DNA of 64,000 bases from assembly GCA_001599295.1 (NCBI GenBank), contig BCGN01000003.1, positions 1,302,001 through 1,366,000 on the forward strand. Reading direction: 5' to 3'. The stretch is from Sporopachydermia quercuum (taxonomy: Eukaryota). The translations under genes were made by a program, and so were the position numbers. Shown here one piece after another: positions 10,769-23,473 of the stretch. Below the pieces are notes generated by a model, which worked only from the letters and a program-made list of their open reading frames with translations, made no database searches and was not told where the DNA came from. The stretch's first letter is position 1, and each line of letters begins with the position of its first letter.

Positions 10769-12581
10769 ATGGTTTTTTTCTATTTTTTCGAACCCACAAT
10801 GTTACTCAAACGAGTCAATTTTCCCATTGTCTCAGTGGGGAAGTATCATCTAAAAATCATTTATCTAATCAATGGTTTGCTGCTATTGTTAGCTGCATGG
10901 TGCGTGATATCAAACTGCTGGAGTCAGTTGAGTTGTTGGCTTTCTGGTGCGGTTTACTCTCCATATGAAGAAGTTATGAATCCTTATGTGTTAGGTTGTA
11001 AAAAAGTTAGTAATAGTTTGAAGTGTTGGAGAGTCAATCAAATGGCTGGTAGTGCTCATGAAAACGTGTTGGATGGTGACGATATAGTTACTTCAACTCG
11101 TGGTATCAGGTCTGTTGAACCTATTTAAATTCTAGAATTTTATGTGTAACACTAACAAATGATAATAGCAGTAAGAATCAGGACAATTCCCAACATTTTG
11201 ATGATGAAATGGAAAATGTAAACATTGTTTTAGATGAGAACTTACTACAATATATTGAAGGCTTGAAAATCAATCGCCAGGGCTCTGAAAGTGTGGAAAT
11301 TACTAATGTTGGTTTCGGTGTAACTATTTTCATTTTTATTTGCGTGTTTCTATCCTCTATCAAAGAGTTGTTTACTCTTCGTGACGTTGTCAGCTGTTTA
11401 AGTAAACTATCAGATGGAAAATCTCAAGATTTTCTCAAGCAGTGGTCTTCAAAACTCCAAATTATTGCCAATAATGACGATTCTATTCAGGAACAGTTCT
11501 CCAACTTGAGTTCACTAAGCATCAAAGTTGACTCTTTAGCGAGTGAAGTAAAGAGGAATTCTGACCAGCTTGATTTAGTTAAAGCTCAATTAAAAGATAG
11601 GGAAATCTTATCGCCAAGGCCTGTTGCCTACTATAGTGTTCCTACAATACCTCAACAGATACCCACTATTAAAACCTCTCCTTTGGTCCAGCAAAAAACT
11701 TGGTTCAGTAGACCTATTGCAGAGCCTAAGCCGTTTAGATTTGGTTTAAGCACAGAACGCCAATTACCCTCTAAACGTTTGTGAATTACCATTTAGGCGA
11801 ATCAAATGATGTTCCTTTCGCATGAAACTACTGAGTTATTCGTGAGCTAACTGATTCTACAATTTTAGCATTTGTCTCAGGATCTGCGAAACTGTGTAAA
11901 CCAAATTCAAGTACTGATGCTCAAGAGATGGAGTTTTTTCTAAGTGATCCAAAAGGACTGGCAGATTGGAAAGAATTTGTCAAGCATGGGACTGTCAAAA
12001 CACCCACAAGCGTTGTTGATAAGCCTGTAATAAAGTTGACAACTCAACCGAATACATCAGATCTTCCAATAAAACCAGCTAATAATTGGAAACATTTATT
12101 AGCTAATCACTTTCCCAAAACTCAGGGCTTGAACTTAAGATCTGAGAACGATTCAACAAAAAAGAACACCAACTTTTTTTCCTATGATTTCAAAACTGGG
12201 AACAATCAAGTATCTAAGGTTTCATCAAAGTTTGCTGGTTCAAAGTCTAACAATAGCAACAGTCGTCATTCTAACGCTGATGAAAATGCTCCCATCAAGG
12301 ATACATTCAAGAATGGGTATCAATTGAAAACACAAGGTAATATCAATTTTACTAGTCAGGATAATACCCAAGAGAATANAGAGTGTGAAAACCAACAATC
12401 AGACAATCCTGATGGCAAAAATGGAGATCTGAACAGTCTTCAATCAGGAACAGTGAGCAGATTGGATAAAAATGGGAAGCCCCATAGAAGGGTGTTTGTC
12501 CCTGGTAGAGGTTGGATGGCTGGTAAAAAGTATGATGAAGAAATTGCCAATAGTGGAAATGTATCTCTACCGGTTGCTTAA
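10769..12581 (+). CDS. Uncharacterised ~550-aa protein with two hydrophobic segments, a coiled coil and a low-complexity tail; exons 10769(or 10799)..11109, 11169..11776, 11869..12581
   Basis: Three consecutive ORFs are joined in frame by introns 11110..11168 (GTCTGT...ACTAAC...TAG) and 11777..11868 (GTTTGT...GCTAAC...TAG). The start codon is uncertain. Confidence 0.65.
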
Positions 12582-12735
12582 ATATTTTAAAACAATGCTC
12601 TAATAAGCTAAAATATAAAACATTTCTCAGTGATCTGTTAAATTCATATCATCTACTATACTTGAAAACCTACTCTTTGTCTTTCTAATGTACCTCTTTG
12701 ATCGATAAATCTTATTTACTTTCTTATAACTAGAA

Positions 12736-13982
12736 CTAGTTCACAGGTACACCGTTCAATCCTCTGCTTCTTCCTTCTCTTTCTAATGGCGGAATTGCAT
12801 CTGAGTTTGCAACTGGAATAGATCCCATTAAGCCTTGACGAGCAGCAAAACCACTTCTTCTTTGGAATAATGGGTCAGGTTGATAGTACTCATCAATAAT
12901 TGGATGCAACAGCACTGTTTGATCTCGTATTGTCAACACTGAATTTGAAGGTACCGTTATCCAATCACCTCTTTCAAAGGTTAGAGGCTCTGAAGAGACC
13001 ATTATAATATCCTGTCCTCTATCTAGTCTTTCCATTCTATATTGACCTGGTTCATATTCTGTAAACTTGGCTCCACTGGAGAAATGTAATGATGCTGCTT
13101 CTTCTGTGCTAGATGTAACATAACGGCTAACTACTACTGAGCTACCATCAGTCACAGCAATATTTAGTAATGTAGGTTCTGCATCTTCTTCTTCAGCAAA
13201 CTCTTTCACCCACTCTTTGATATACTCGATGGTTTTCAACAAAGCTGTCCTCAGAGCTTCGTGGCCAAAATTTCCTTCTGGTGATGCTGGATTGTATCCC
13301 AGCTTGTCCAAAGTGTCTAGAAATAAAGCAAACGCCCATTCTGAGTCGGTGCTTCCCTGCACCGATAAAAAGTACTCGTCTTTTATGTGGTCCACAAACT
13401 TTCGTTTCACTTTACCAAAACTTCCAATTGATCCATTGTGCATGAACATTAGCGTATGATAGGTGAAAGGGTGACAGTTGGTTTCAGAAAGAACTCCCGA
13501 TGTCGATGCTCGAACATGAGCAAAAATGAGATTACTTTTAGTTTTCTCAGATAGTTTCTGTAAATTCATATTGTTCCATGCTGGCGTGATAGCCCTAAAT
13601 GTGCAAGGTCCATCGTTTAGTTCAGGGTCCAAGCTATAGTATCCCACGCCGAAGCCATCACCATTAATTGGTCGCCGCATGTCAACTCTCAGCCTACTGT
13701 CAAATGATTGGCTATACAAGTTTCGTTAGTTTCCAGTTCAACAAAAGTAAACATTCTGATATAATTTCACTACTAGAGACACCAAAGGATGCAAGAGCAT
13801 TTATCGGTGATCTGATTGACACTTACTTTATAATCGAATGGGCTGGTCTTGTCAATAAATGCGATAGTAAGATAGGATCCTTACCTATATATTCATTCTT
13901 AGTTAATATCAATAGTAACAAATCCAATCAATCAATCACAAAGGTTCTTCGACATACCTTTAAAAATCAAGAATCGGCACAT
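12736..13982 (-). CDS. DUG3: Glutamine amidotransferase type II Dug3 (glutathione degradation); exons 13958..13982, 13827..13884, 12736..13711
   Basis: Spliced N-terminus MCRFLIFKG|KDPILLSHLLTRPAHSIIN|QSFDSRLR, plus INGDGFG, AHVRAS, NCHPF, MHNG and GSTDSE motifs. Confidence 0.95.
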
Positions 13983-14778
13983 TTTATAACCTTCTAGATG
14001 ATCTGGTAGTATCCTCTTCTTTTCATATATGTGCTACAAATCGACGATTAGATAATCAACGACGTCGTCAACTACCTCTTCTATCCAATCTCAATTTCAC
14101 AAACTGTTACTAATAGACAACTCTCTCTCAAAATAAAAGATGCCTCCAACAAAAGAAAAGGCGCCCATACAAAAAAATAAGCATATACTCATCACCTAGT
14201 CATCTGACCTTATCATCTCCCTCTAATTATTCCTTTTCATTGTATGAGTCCTAACGTCTTCACATGACTTGATACAATGTCATATGTGAGGGAAATGTGA
14301 TACAAAACTTAAATTAAGAATATTTCCGGATAAAAAGTCTAAACAATCCGGGATCTGTTGCAAATCGGCATAACAATCTACAATTTGTTGCTTAGTGCTC
14401 TCGGTGAGATATTGTGCACTACTACTGGATATTGGACAGTTGCTTTACGATAAGAATGGTAAAATATAAAAGGAAGGAAACGGGAATGAGATCAATTGCG
14501 ATGGGTTGAGAAAGAACCTAAGTCTTGTGATGGTTGATTGATGAAGGTATTGAAAATTCTTTACAGTCTTTGAGGTAGCTCGAAGTGGACTGAGTATATC
14601 TGCAAAGGTATTTTAAGTGAAATGTTGAAGGGAAAAGTTGAATTGAAGCATAGTAGATAGGAGAAGTGAAATAATGCATTGGGTTAATTCATAGGATGCT
14701 ATGAATCGAAAATTATTAAAGAAAAATAAAACAGAGTTCAAGAGAGAGAAAATAAAAGCTAGGAATATATGGTATGAA

Positions 14779-15927
14779 ATGGTTGATGATACTGCAAATG
14801 GGGTCAAAGTTCCTGCAGTACTAGTCTCTCCGGTTGCAGAAGGCCTTGAGAGTTTGACATTAAAATCATCTGTGAAAGATGAAAATGATGAGACAAATCG
14901 TGGAAGATTAAGCGGTAGAAGAAGTTCTATTTCTTCCTTGAGCCTTCATTCTTCCTCCTCGTATGTTTTCTTTGAAGAATTAAATCATTTTTTTTCTAGT
15001 TTATTATTGTTATTCTAACACGTTGCTCTTCAATAGACCTTTTAGAAGAGGTGTGTCATTTGATACATTGTCGATTAAAGGATCGGAAAGGGCGTCTTTA
15101 CGGCTCAAATCTAAACATATTGACTACCAATTTGACCGGCATTCAAGAAGATTCTTGGTTGGTTTAACAGATCACGAATTCTCTTTTAACGCTGTAAGAT
15201 ATATTATACAAGAGTTAGCTGTCGACGGTGATGAAATTATTTGTGTATATGTTGTTGAACCAGGATCTAAATTGGCAGACTACCAAAAGTCCAAGATCTA
15301 CAGAGAAGAAGCTGAGAAGTTTCTCAATGAGATTGTTGATCTGAATACCTACAATATCAGAATATGTATTATATTTGAACTTGTGACAGGAACAGTATCA
15401 AAGCAAATAAGTGAATTTGTATGTTTGACTATTAAAACAGATTTAGTAGTAGCGAACATTTGCATCATAGATCCATTTTCTAACGAAAAAACTTCGCCTT
15501 AGGTTAAAATTTATCAGCCCCAAGTAATCGTACTTGGTGAGAAAGAAAGATCAAAATCAGTAATAAAGAATCTTCTAACGCAACCCCTAGCTGAGTAAGT
15601 TCTTGCTTGACAATCTATAATCGTTTGTATATTATGAAAAAAATCCTACATAACTAACACATGAAAAGGTGGTGTATAATCAATTTCAAAATACCGGTTC
15701 TTGTTGTTCGAGAGTCGTATGACAATCAGCATAAGCTTCCAGAAAAAGCTTCACCGCAATATTTCAGCTCAATAGCAAGACTAAACAATTCGTCAAACAA
15801 TTCGTCAGACTGTGGTGCCCTGCTGGGAGACGATCTGCAACCAAATAGCACAAATTCAGACGAGGAAACTCAAAGAGCAAGATCAAAATCACCTGTTCGA
15901 AGATTAAAAGCATTTCTATCTAGTTGA
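14779..15927 (+). CDS. Universal stress protein (USP) domain protein; exons 14779..14960, 15037..15418, 15503..15594, 15669..15927
   Basis: RRGVSFDT, SRRFLVG...SFNAV...DGDEIICV, YQPQVIVLG and IPVLVVR motifs. All three intron phases are consistent. Confidence 0.85.
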
Positions 15928-16080
15928 TCATCATTGACTTATACATAATCTTTAATTCTGTATTCTAAAATTCTCGATATCTTCCTTTTCCCCTTCTTTA
16001 TACATATTTATATGAATGATGAGCAACCAAAGTATAATAGTTCATTTGCATTTATCGTGAGTCTTGTTCACATTCTCACT

Positions 16081-16667
16081 CTATCTCCTTGGTTCTCTTG
16101 TATCGTATTGTATTGTCACAGGACCATCATTAACAAGGGCGACATCCATCATAGCACCAAACTTCCCATCTTTGACGGCTTCATGGCCCAGTGGATGTCC
16201 TTCCCCTATCAATTCTTTCACTTTCTCGTATAACTCGACAGCTATATCACCTTTTGCGGCCGCATGGAAATCAGGTTTTGTACCTTTCTTGACTGTTCCA
16301 TATAACGTAAACTGAGATACACATAATATTTCTCCATTGAAATCACTAACGCTTTTCTTCCACTGAGCTCCATCTTCATCTGGCCATAGTCGTAATTGCA
16401 AGATCTTCTGTGCTAGCTTGGTGCAATCAGCCTCCGTATCATCGTTGGTAACACCAACTAGTACCAAAAGTCCTTTTGAGATTCTGGAGTCGAGATGTTA
16501 GTCAAAGCAAAATAGAAGTAGACGTAACAGTAAACAAATTAGATCAGTAAACAATGCAATCATTATTGCCCAAATATATATATCAATTACATTTCAACTT
16601 ACGAAGAAATCACCTCGGAGTCAACTCTGACAGATGCGTTTTTAACTCTTTGTATAACTGCTTTCAT
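16081..16667 (-). CDS. DTD1: D-aminoacyl-tRNA deacylase; exons 16603..16667, 16081..16483
   Basis: MKAVIQRV N-terminus, SQFTL and NDGPVT signature motifs, and a GTAAGT...CTAAC...CAG intron. Confidence 0.95.
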
Positions 16668-17573
16668 AACTATTAACCAAGCCTAATCTCAATCAATTCC
16701 TCTTACAACTCAATTCACATTTATCTATCGGGGTTTCTAAAATCCAGCAAATCAGTATATCAACGAATTATCTATCTGTCAACCACTTCATACCAACTAT
16801 AAAAGATATCTTACTATCAACAGAAATGACCAAATTCCTCATGATATCTCATTTAAACTTGCCTTCTCCGGAAACCTCTTCCAAGTAAGCCCAAACTAAC
16901 TAAGCAGGCACACTAAAGATCAGTGGAAAAATCAATTGCTTGCTAATATTACTATGATCTGTCCTAATTACCAATTCGCCAAATATATTAACTATATGTT
17001 ACTTACTTGTCATATAGATCCATATTATTAATTTTATTATCTTTTACTATAAAAGGTGTTTCAGACGTTTGGATCAATGAGTTCTCATCTTTTCTTTCCT
17101 TTCTCTATTATACTCATTGAGCGAAAGGAAATAAAAGGTTCGTCCCTTACTGCAACGAACGTGTGGAAGTACCTGAAAACAGTAAAAACGGTGGTTATTC
17201 GGTAATAACAGGTTTAGTGTTACAAGCGACAATAGAAAAACGGGATAATATTAGTAAAAAGAAGAGAAGAGTGAATAAAAAAAAAGGAGTAGTAAATTAT
17301 ATACGTAAGAGAGAAAGTGCTATGATTTTTCTGATCTAATAGACAACTGTTTCGAACGTTTTCTATATGTGTTGAGAACGCTTTTTTTGGTATAGATATA
17401 GGAAAGGAATAGATAAAGGGAAAAGCAGTACTGGCTGTAAGGAACTATGATAAAGAGATAAGACTGATAACATAGATTAGAATAGGGTAAGTTAANATAA
17501 GATAAAAAGATAAATCTGGAGAGTATAATAAAAAGGATAGAAGGATAGAACTATTGAGATCAGAATATCAACG

Positions 17574-19147
17574 ATGAGTACTTCTAAAATAGGAGAAAAG
17601 CCAAGTGTGGCAATTATTGGTAAGTATCTGTTGATTTGAATGAGCTAGTTTGACTTTTGGTGTTATCGACATGAAAGTATTGATGGCAATGATGGCAATG
17701 AACTTGTCCTTTCTTCTCACTTTTATAATAGTGTAGCGATCAAACATCAAGTTCTAACAGCTTTTCGTCATTAGGGGCAGGACCTTGTGGAGCAGGAACA
17801 GCAAGAGCATTTTTGGCTGAGAAAGCGTTTGGAAAAATCAAAGTATTTGAAAGAAGAAGTGCAACTGGAGGGCTATGGAATTATCTTGAAGATAAAGCAG
17901 ATATTCCTGTTCCTTGCAATGATCCTAATCATGATTGCCCTTATGTAGCAAGAAAAGACGGTACGAAAGTATGGCCAAGTGCAATTTATAAATATTTGGA
18001 TACAAATGTTCCAACCAGTGTTATGGCATATAAAGGAGAACCTTTCCCTGAAGATGTACCATTGTTTGCTCAGAAAGAAGATGTTTTGGCTTATATGAGG
18101 AAGTACTCTGAACCAATTGTTCCTTTTACAGTGTTCAATACGAATGTTATTGATATCAGAAAGAATGAAGATAAAACTAAATGGATTGTTACATCGAAAT
18201 CATTGTCCGACGATTCCAAAATCGAAAAAGAAGAGTTTGATCTAGTTGTGTCCGCGTCTGGAAATTATGACGTTCCTTTCATTCCAGATAGAAAAGGACT
18301 CTCTGAATGGAACGAAAAGTTCCCTGATTCGGCGATTCATTCCAAGAACTACTGGAAACCTGAAGACTTTGAAAACAAAACTGTTCTGATCGTTGGTAAT
18401 TCTGCTAGTGGTGCGGATATTGCTTATCAATTGGCTCAGGTACCTTCTATCAAAGTCTATAAGTCGTGTCGAAGTGAAAACATGTTACCTGGAGGGAGAC
18501 ATGAGAGAATAAAGGATGTGGCGGATGTAGAAGAGTTTTTGGCAGACCAGAAATCTGTAAAACTGATTAATGGTGACGTTCTAAGAGATGTGGATAGTGT
18601 GATTTTTGCCACTGGGTTTTTGAAATCATTTCCGTATCTTAGCTCACTAAACGGAGTTGACCATCCGCTGATCACTGATGGTGAGAAAGTTCATGGTTTG
18701 TACTTGCAAATGATTTACTATAGAGATCCGACACTGGCGTTTATCGGTCTACCACGTTACGTTTTGCCTACTAGATTATCAGAAAGTCAGAGTGCATATC
18801 TTGCTAGAATATGGAGTGGACGAATCAAACTTCCTTTGTTTGAAGAGATGCAAAAAGAAGAGAAGGATCGAGAAGCAGTCACAGGATCTGGAAAACATTT
18901 CCATGACATGAAAACGCCTGCGGACATGATATACTGCAATATGCTTTATGATGAGATCATCAAGGCTGGAACAGATCATGGATTGTTTCCTGTAAGGTGG
19001 GAAGGAATAGACTGGGATGTTCGAATAAAATTCAAGTATCTCAAAGAAGGAGCAATTGAATATAAGAAAGACACAAGAAAAGTTGCAACATCAGTCCAAG
19101 AGTTAATTGATCTTGGTTATTTTCAGTTAGGCACTGAAGACGAATAA
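17574..19147 (+). CDS. FMO1: Flavin-containing monooxygenase Fmo1; exons 17574..17619, 17775..19147
   Basis: Spliced FAD-binding motif VAIIG|AGPCG, GGLWNY, FMO motif HSKNY, GNSASG and FATGF. Confidence 0.92.
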
Positions 19148-19356
19148 GTATGGTAGTTATGGTAGCTAGTTAACTATATTGTCAAAAAATTGTGTAGTAT
19201 ATCCATTTACGAATCTGAGAGTTTCATTTAATGTCTTTACGATAGGTTTTCAACGATAGAAGTTAGAATCCGATTTTATTACGATATATTACCAGAGTAA
19301 CATATTCCTAGGTTATCAACTAGCAGAAGTGAGTAATAAAAATTAAAAAAAAATTC

Positions 19357-19429
19357 TGCCTCGAGCCGGAGTCGAACCGACGATCTTAACATTACTAGTG
19401 TTACGCCTTACCAACTTGGCCATCAAGGC
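19357..19429 (-). tRNA. tRNA-Thr(AGT), copy 1
   Basis: GCCTTGATGGCCAAGTTGGTAAGGCGTAACACT-AGT-AATGTTAAGATCGTCGGTTCGACTCCGGCTCGAGGCA folds as a cloverleaf with A/B boxes, followed by an oligo-T terminator. Confidence 0.97.
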
Positions 19430-19445
19430 TGCTTCGAGTTTCTTA

Positions 19446-19693
19446 CTGTCTGCTCATATATCATTCAGTAAAATAAAATGAATTTTAAGAAAAAATGAAG
19501 AATTATATTAGANTTCTTGCTCTTTTCCCTTCTTCTCCTTCTTCTTCTTATTAATTAGAAAGAGAAGAATGAGAGTAAATAATCAGCGAAGTAAATAGTA
19601 TATATATATAAAAGGTACAAATAGAAATATAGATAAATGTAAAATGCCAACGTGTCACGTGAAAGGTCACGTGGTTCAGTAATAAGTAATGCA
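19446..19693. repeat. Diverged ~245-bp direct repeat, copy A (5' flank of tRNA copy 1)
   Basis: Aligns block by block with 19983..20227 (tatatcatt, aaataaaatgaattt, ttcttctccttcttc, taattagaaaga, aaaaggtacaaatag, tgtcacgtgaaag, taatgca). Confidence 0.9.
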
Positions 19694-19982
19694 TAGCTGG
19701 TTGTTACAAGTTATCACCCGTTCAATGATAAGAAAAAAAGTCATGTAGTATTGATATGTCCAAATCAACTGCTAGTAAGTAATCAAAATAATAATATGAG
19801 CTAGCCACAAACATATAATTATATAAACATCAACTAATCCCTAATTCTTAAGTATAAACAGTTCTTCCTTCTTATTATATAGCAGAGGTATGTATAAAGA
19901 GAAGAGCATGCAAGTGAATAAAGATTTAGAGTGAAAAACGGAGAGATAAAAAGGCAGGAAGTCCACCAAATGCGATTTGCTT

Positions 19983-20227
19983 CTGTCTGATCGTATATCA
20001 TTGAGTGAAATAAAATGAATTTAAGAAATAATGAAAAATTACATTAGAATTCTTACTCTTCCCCATTCTTCTCCTTCTTCCTATTGGTAATTAGAAAGAA
20101 ATAATGAGAAAAAAAAATCAGCGAGATAAATAGTATATTTATAAAATAAAAGGTACAAATAGGAATAGTTAAAAGTTAAAAGTTAAAAGGTTGATATTGT
20201 CACGTGAAAGAAGTACATAATAATGCA
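19983..20227. repeat. Diverged ~245-bp direct repeat, copy B (no adjacent tRNA)
   Basis: See copy A. Confidence 0.9.
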
Positions 20228-20548
20228 TTGCCAGGTCTTTGCATGATTTCTTTAGATCAATAACTAGATATTAGTGTATGGTGCCAAAGGTCTGTAATAG
20301 TACTTCGTTTTACCCTTTCTGCCCTGGACAGTGTACATATGTACATATATATAACTTTATTGCTCAGCTTATAGTATGACAAATAGCGTGACTAACAATT
20401 ACTGGAATGTGCGTCTAAATTCGTAGTTTAACGATGGGTGGTGCTATATATGTTTTAAGAAAGACTTGTCAGTGTCAGTAAATCGTTTCCTCACTTGAGT
20501 AATTGTAAAAGATATACTAAATAAAAATAAAAAAATATATAAAANAAT

Positions 20549-20621
20549 TGCCTCGAGCCGGAGTCGAACCGACGATCTTAACATTACTAGTGTTACGCCT
20601 TACCAACTTGGCCATCAAGGC
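20549..20621 (-). tRNA. tRNA-Thr(AGT), copy 2
   Basis: 73 nt identical to copy 1, with a T-rich terminator downstream. Confidence 0.97.
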
Positions 20622-21406
20622 TTCGAAAATTGGAAAAATATGCTGTTTATATCACATGAGATATGATATTCCTTGAAGAACTTTGTTCATTTTCATTGTT
20701 TTCAAAATAATAATCTTATTATTTGAAACCAGTCATCATTAGATCTATCACAGGTATTATATTTCAATCTATCATCACTTTGAAGGTGCTCCGATGTTCT
20801 TTTCGTCCAGTGATGAAACCTTTCTTATTTCTCGTACATCCCTGGTACACAAGATCCTCGATTATGGGTAGTCATTTTCAAGTAAATCATACCATGAAAA
20901 ATCATTAGAATATTATACCTCTAGCTAACAACCTGCTTAAATAGATTGTTCTTAATTGACTGTTTCAAATGATTTGCAATAGAGTCAGAATGGTATCCAT
21001 GTTGTACAATGTAAATCCGCAAAATAAATTCTAGGAACATCAAATGTCGCTAACTTTTCTCACTTGCATATGCGTGCGTCTCTTTCTTAACAAATATCTC
21101 ATAACTTATAATTCATTAAATTATCTTTCGCTCTTTACTAGAAACCTATAGCTTCTATTTCAAGAGCATATACAGTACATATTTACAATNATTTATAGGC
21201 AAACTAACATAGTCATTCTGATCCCAGAAGCCTTTAGCTCGATTCATCAAACCTGTAGTCAATGCTCATTGAATCAAGTGCCAGAGGAAAAGAAAACATA
21301 CAGTTAGCATCACCAACATCTCTATAGGCCCATTACATCAGACCAATCTCGGATCGGGCTTCTAGAAATTTTTTCATTATTTCGTTGATATAGAACTTTA
21401 CAACCA

Positions 21407-23196
21407 ATGACTAGAAAGAAAGTCTCAAAAGAAGAGTATGAATATCAATTTGAATACTACATTGGAGTGTCTCTATGGACCTGAGAATATCCTCTGAATC
21501 GAGTTTAATGGAATACTAACAGTAAGAAACTATAGATCAGCATCTGACTCTGACATCATGAGTTTCAGATTTCTTCGGAAAGCAAGCGCAACGCTCAAGA
21601 TTGGTGCTCATGTTGGAATGGCAGGTGGCATTCAAAAGTCGGTTGTTAACTCGATCGACATTGGGTAAGAAGAGATTGATTCTAGTGATCACTAGTATTT
21701 GTGCGTATGCTTCTCATGAAACCTCTAACAACAGAAATAATCTAGGGCTAATTCTTTTGCTATGTTCCTGAAAAGTCCTCGAAGATGGGTATCTCCAGCC
21801 TTTAAGCCAAGCGAGATCGAACAATTCAAAGCAAGATGCGAACTGTATAACTATAACCCCGCGAAGTATGTAGTCAAACAAAAGATCAAAATTCTCAGTG
21901 CACCCACACCGGTGATAACCGTAATATAATTCATTTTGAAGCTCGAACTAATAAGAAATTAGGGATGTCTTACCTCATGGATCATATTTTATCAATCTTG
22001 CTAATCCTGATGCAGAGAAAGAAAAGAAATCTTTTGATGGTTTCTTGGATGATTTGAAACGTTGTGAACAATTAGGAATTGGACTATACAACTTCCAGTA
22101 TGTACTACAAATTGTTTGATATGCATCTCTTTCATATGTAGCAGCTGCTGTCTAAGAATCATTTCGACTAATCCTAGAAGTTTCTAGTTCAATTATGTCA
22201 TACTAACAAGGTAAACAATTTAGTCCTGGTTCAGATTTGGGCTCTGATCACGATCAAGCATTGGATAGACTTGCTGACAATATAAACAAAGCAATTGCTG
22301 AAACTGCTACTGTTAGAATTGTTATCGAGAATATGGCTGGTCACGGAAATCTGATTGGTTCCGATATAAGTGACATAGGTAAAGTGATTAAGAAAATCAA
22401 TGATAAATCAAGGGTTGGCGTATGCATCGATACATGCCATACATTTGCTGCTGGTTATGATATCAGTGATGAGGCTGGATTCAAATCCTTCTGGGATCAG
22501 TTTGAGAGTGACATCGGCTTTGAATATTTATCAGCTTTACATCTCAATGATTCTAAAGCTCCTTTAGGTGCCAATAGGGACCTTCATCAAAGGATAGGCT
22601 GGGGATTTCTAGGCCTAGAATGTTTTCGACTTGTATGTTAAATTCAGACTACTATTCCCTGAATAGTCATCAAGGAACTATTTCAAAAGCTTAGAATTTA
22701 ATATTGAACTAACAAGTACCCATTTCTCTTATAGCTTGTCAATGATGAAAGATTTCATGGACTACCGATGATACTAGAAACACCTGATGACGCTGATGGA
22801 ACAGATAACATGAGAGGACAAGAAATTAAATTATTGGAATGGTTAGTTGGCAGATCTAGTGATGATAAAGAGGTAATTGCTAAAGCAATTGAACTTCAAA
22901 AACAAGGAGCAAAGGAAAGAAAAGAGTATCAATTGAAATACGATAAAAAGAAAACAGCTCAAGCAGCAAGTCCAAAGAAAGCGAAAAAGACTGACAGCGG
23001 GTCATCAATAACAGATTTTTTCTCTAAGCAGAAAAAAGAAACAGTAAATGGAAATACAAAGGAGATTTGCAAAGTAGCAAAAGTGAAAGTAGAGTTACAG
23101 GTTGAAGAAGAAAATGAAGTAATAACAAATGTTGAAAGCGGCGATGAGAATGGTGATACAGATAGTAAGAAAAGAAAGCGAAGGAAGAAGAATTGA
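21407..23196 (+). CDS. APN1: AP endonuclease (endonuclease IV family) Apn1; exons 21407..21435, 21536..21664, 21746..21865, 21963..22097, 22224..22632, 22735..23196
   Basis: [50 protein letters not shown] and ILETP motifs. Five phase-consistent introns. Confidence 0.95.
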
Positions 23197-23473
23197 TATC
23201 GTCAACATAGAAAGGAAGGGAACAATCCTTTATTATTCAACACTTCTATTGATGTTAAGAAATATTACTTCAGAAAACTTCTATTAATTTCACAGGATGT
23301 TAATCATTCTAATAAGAGTTTTAACGCTCTTTAAGTCTATTTTAATTCAAAGAAAGTACATGTACATATGAGATAATTACCTAATGGTATAATGCTAAAA
23401 GAATAATTTTATAGAACCAGGAACCAAAAACAACCAGAAACAAGAAACCAACCGAACATAATTAATATCAAAC

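Noticed and set aside
19440..20230. Point centromere (CDEI GTCACGTG plus AT-rich DNA)
   Set aside because: No CDEIII (TTCCGAA-type) motif at the expected distance, and the region is explained as a duplicated tRNA flank.
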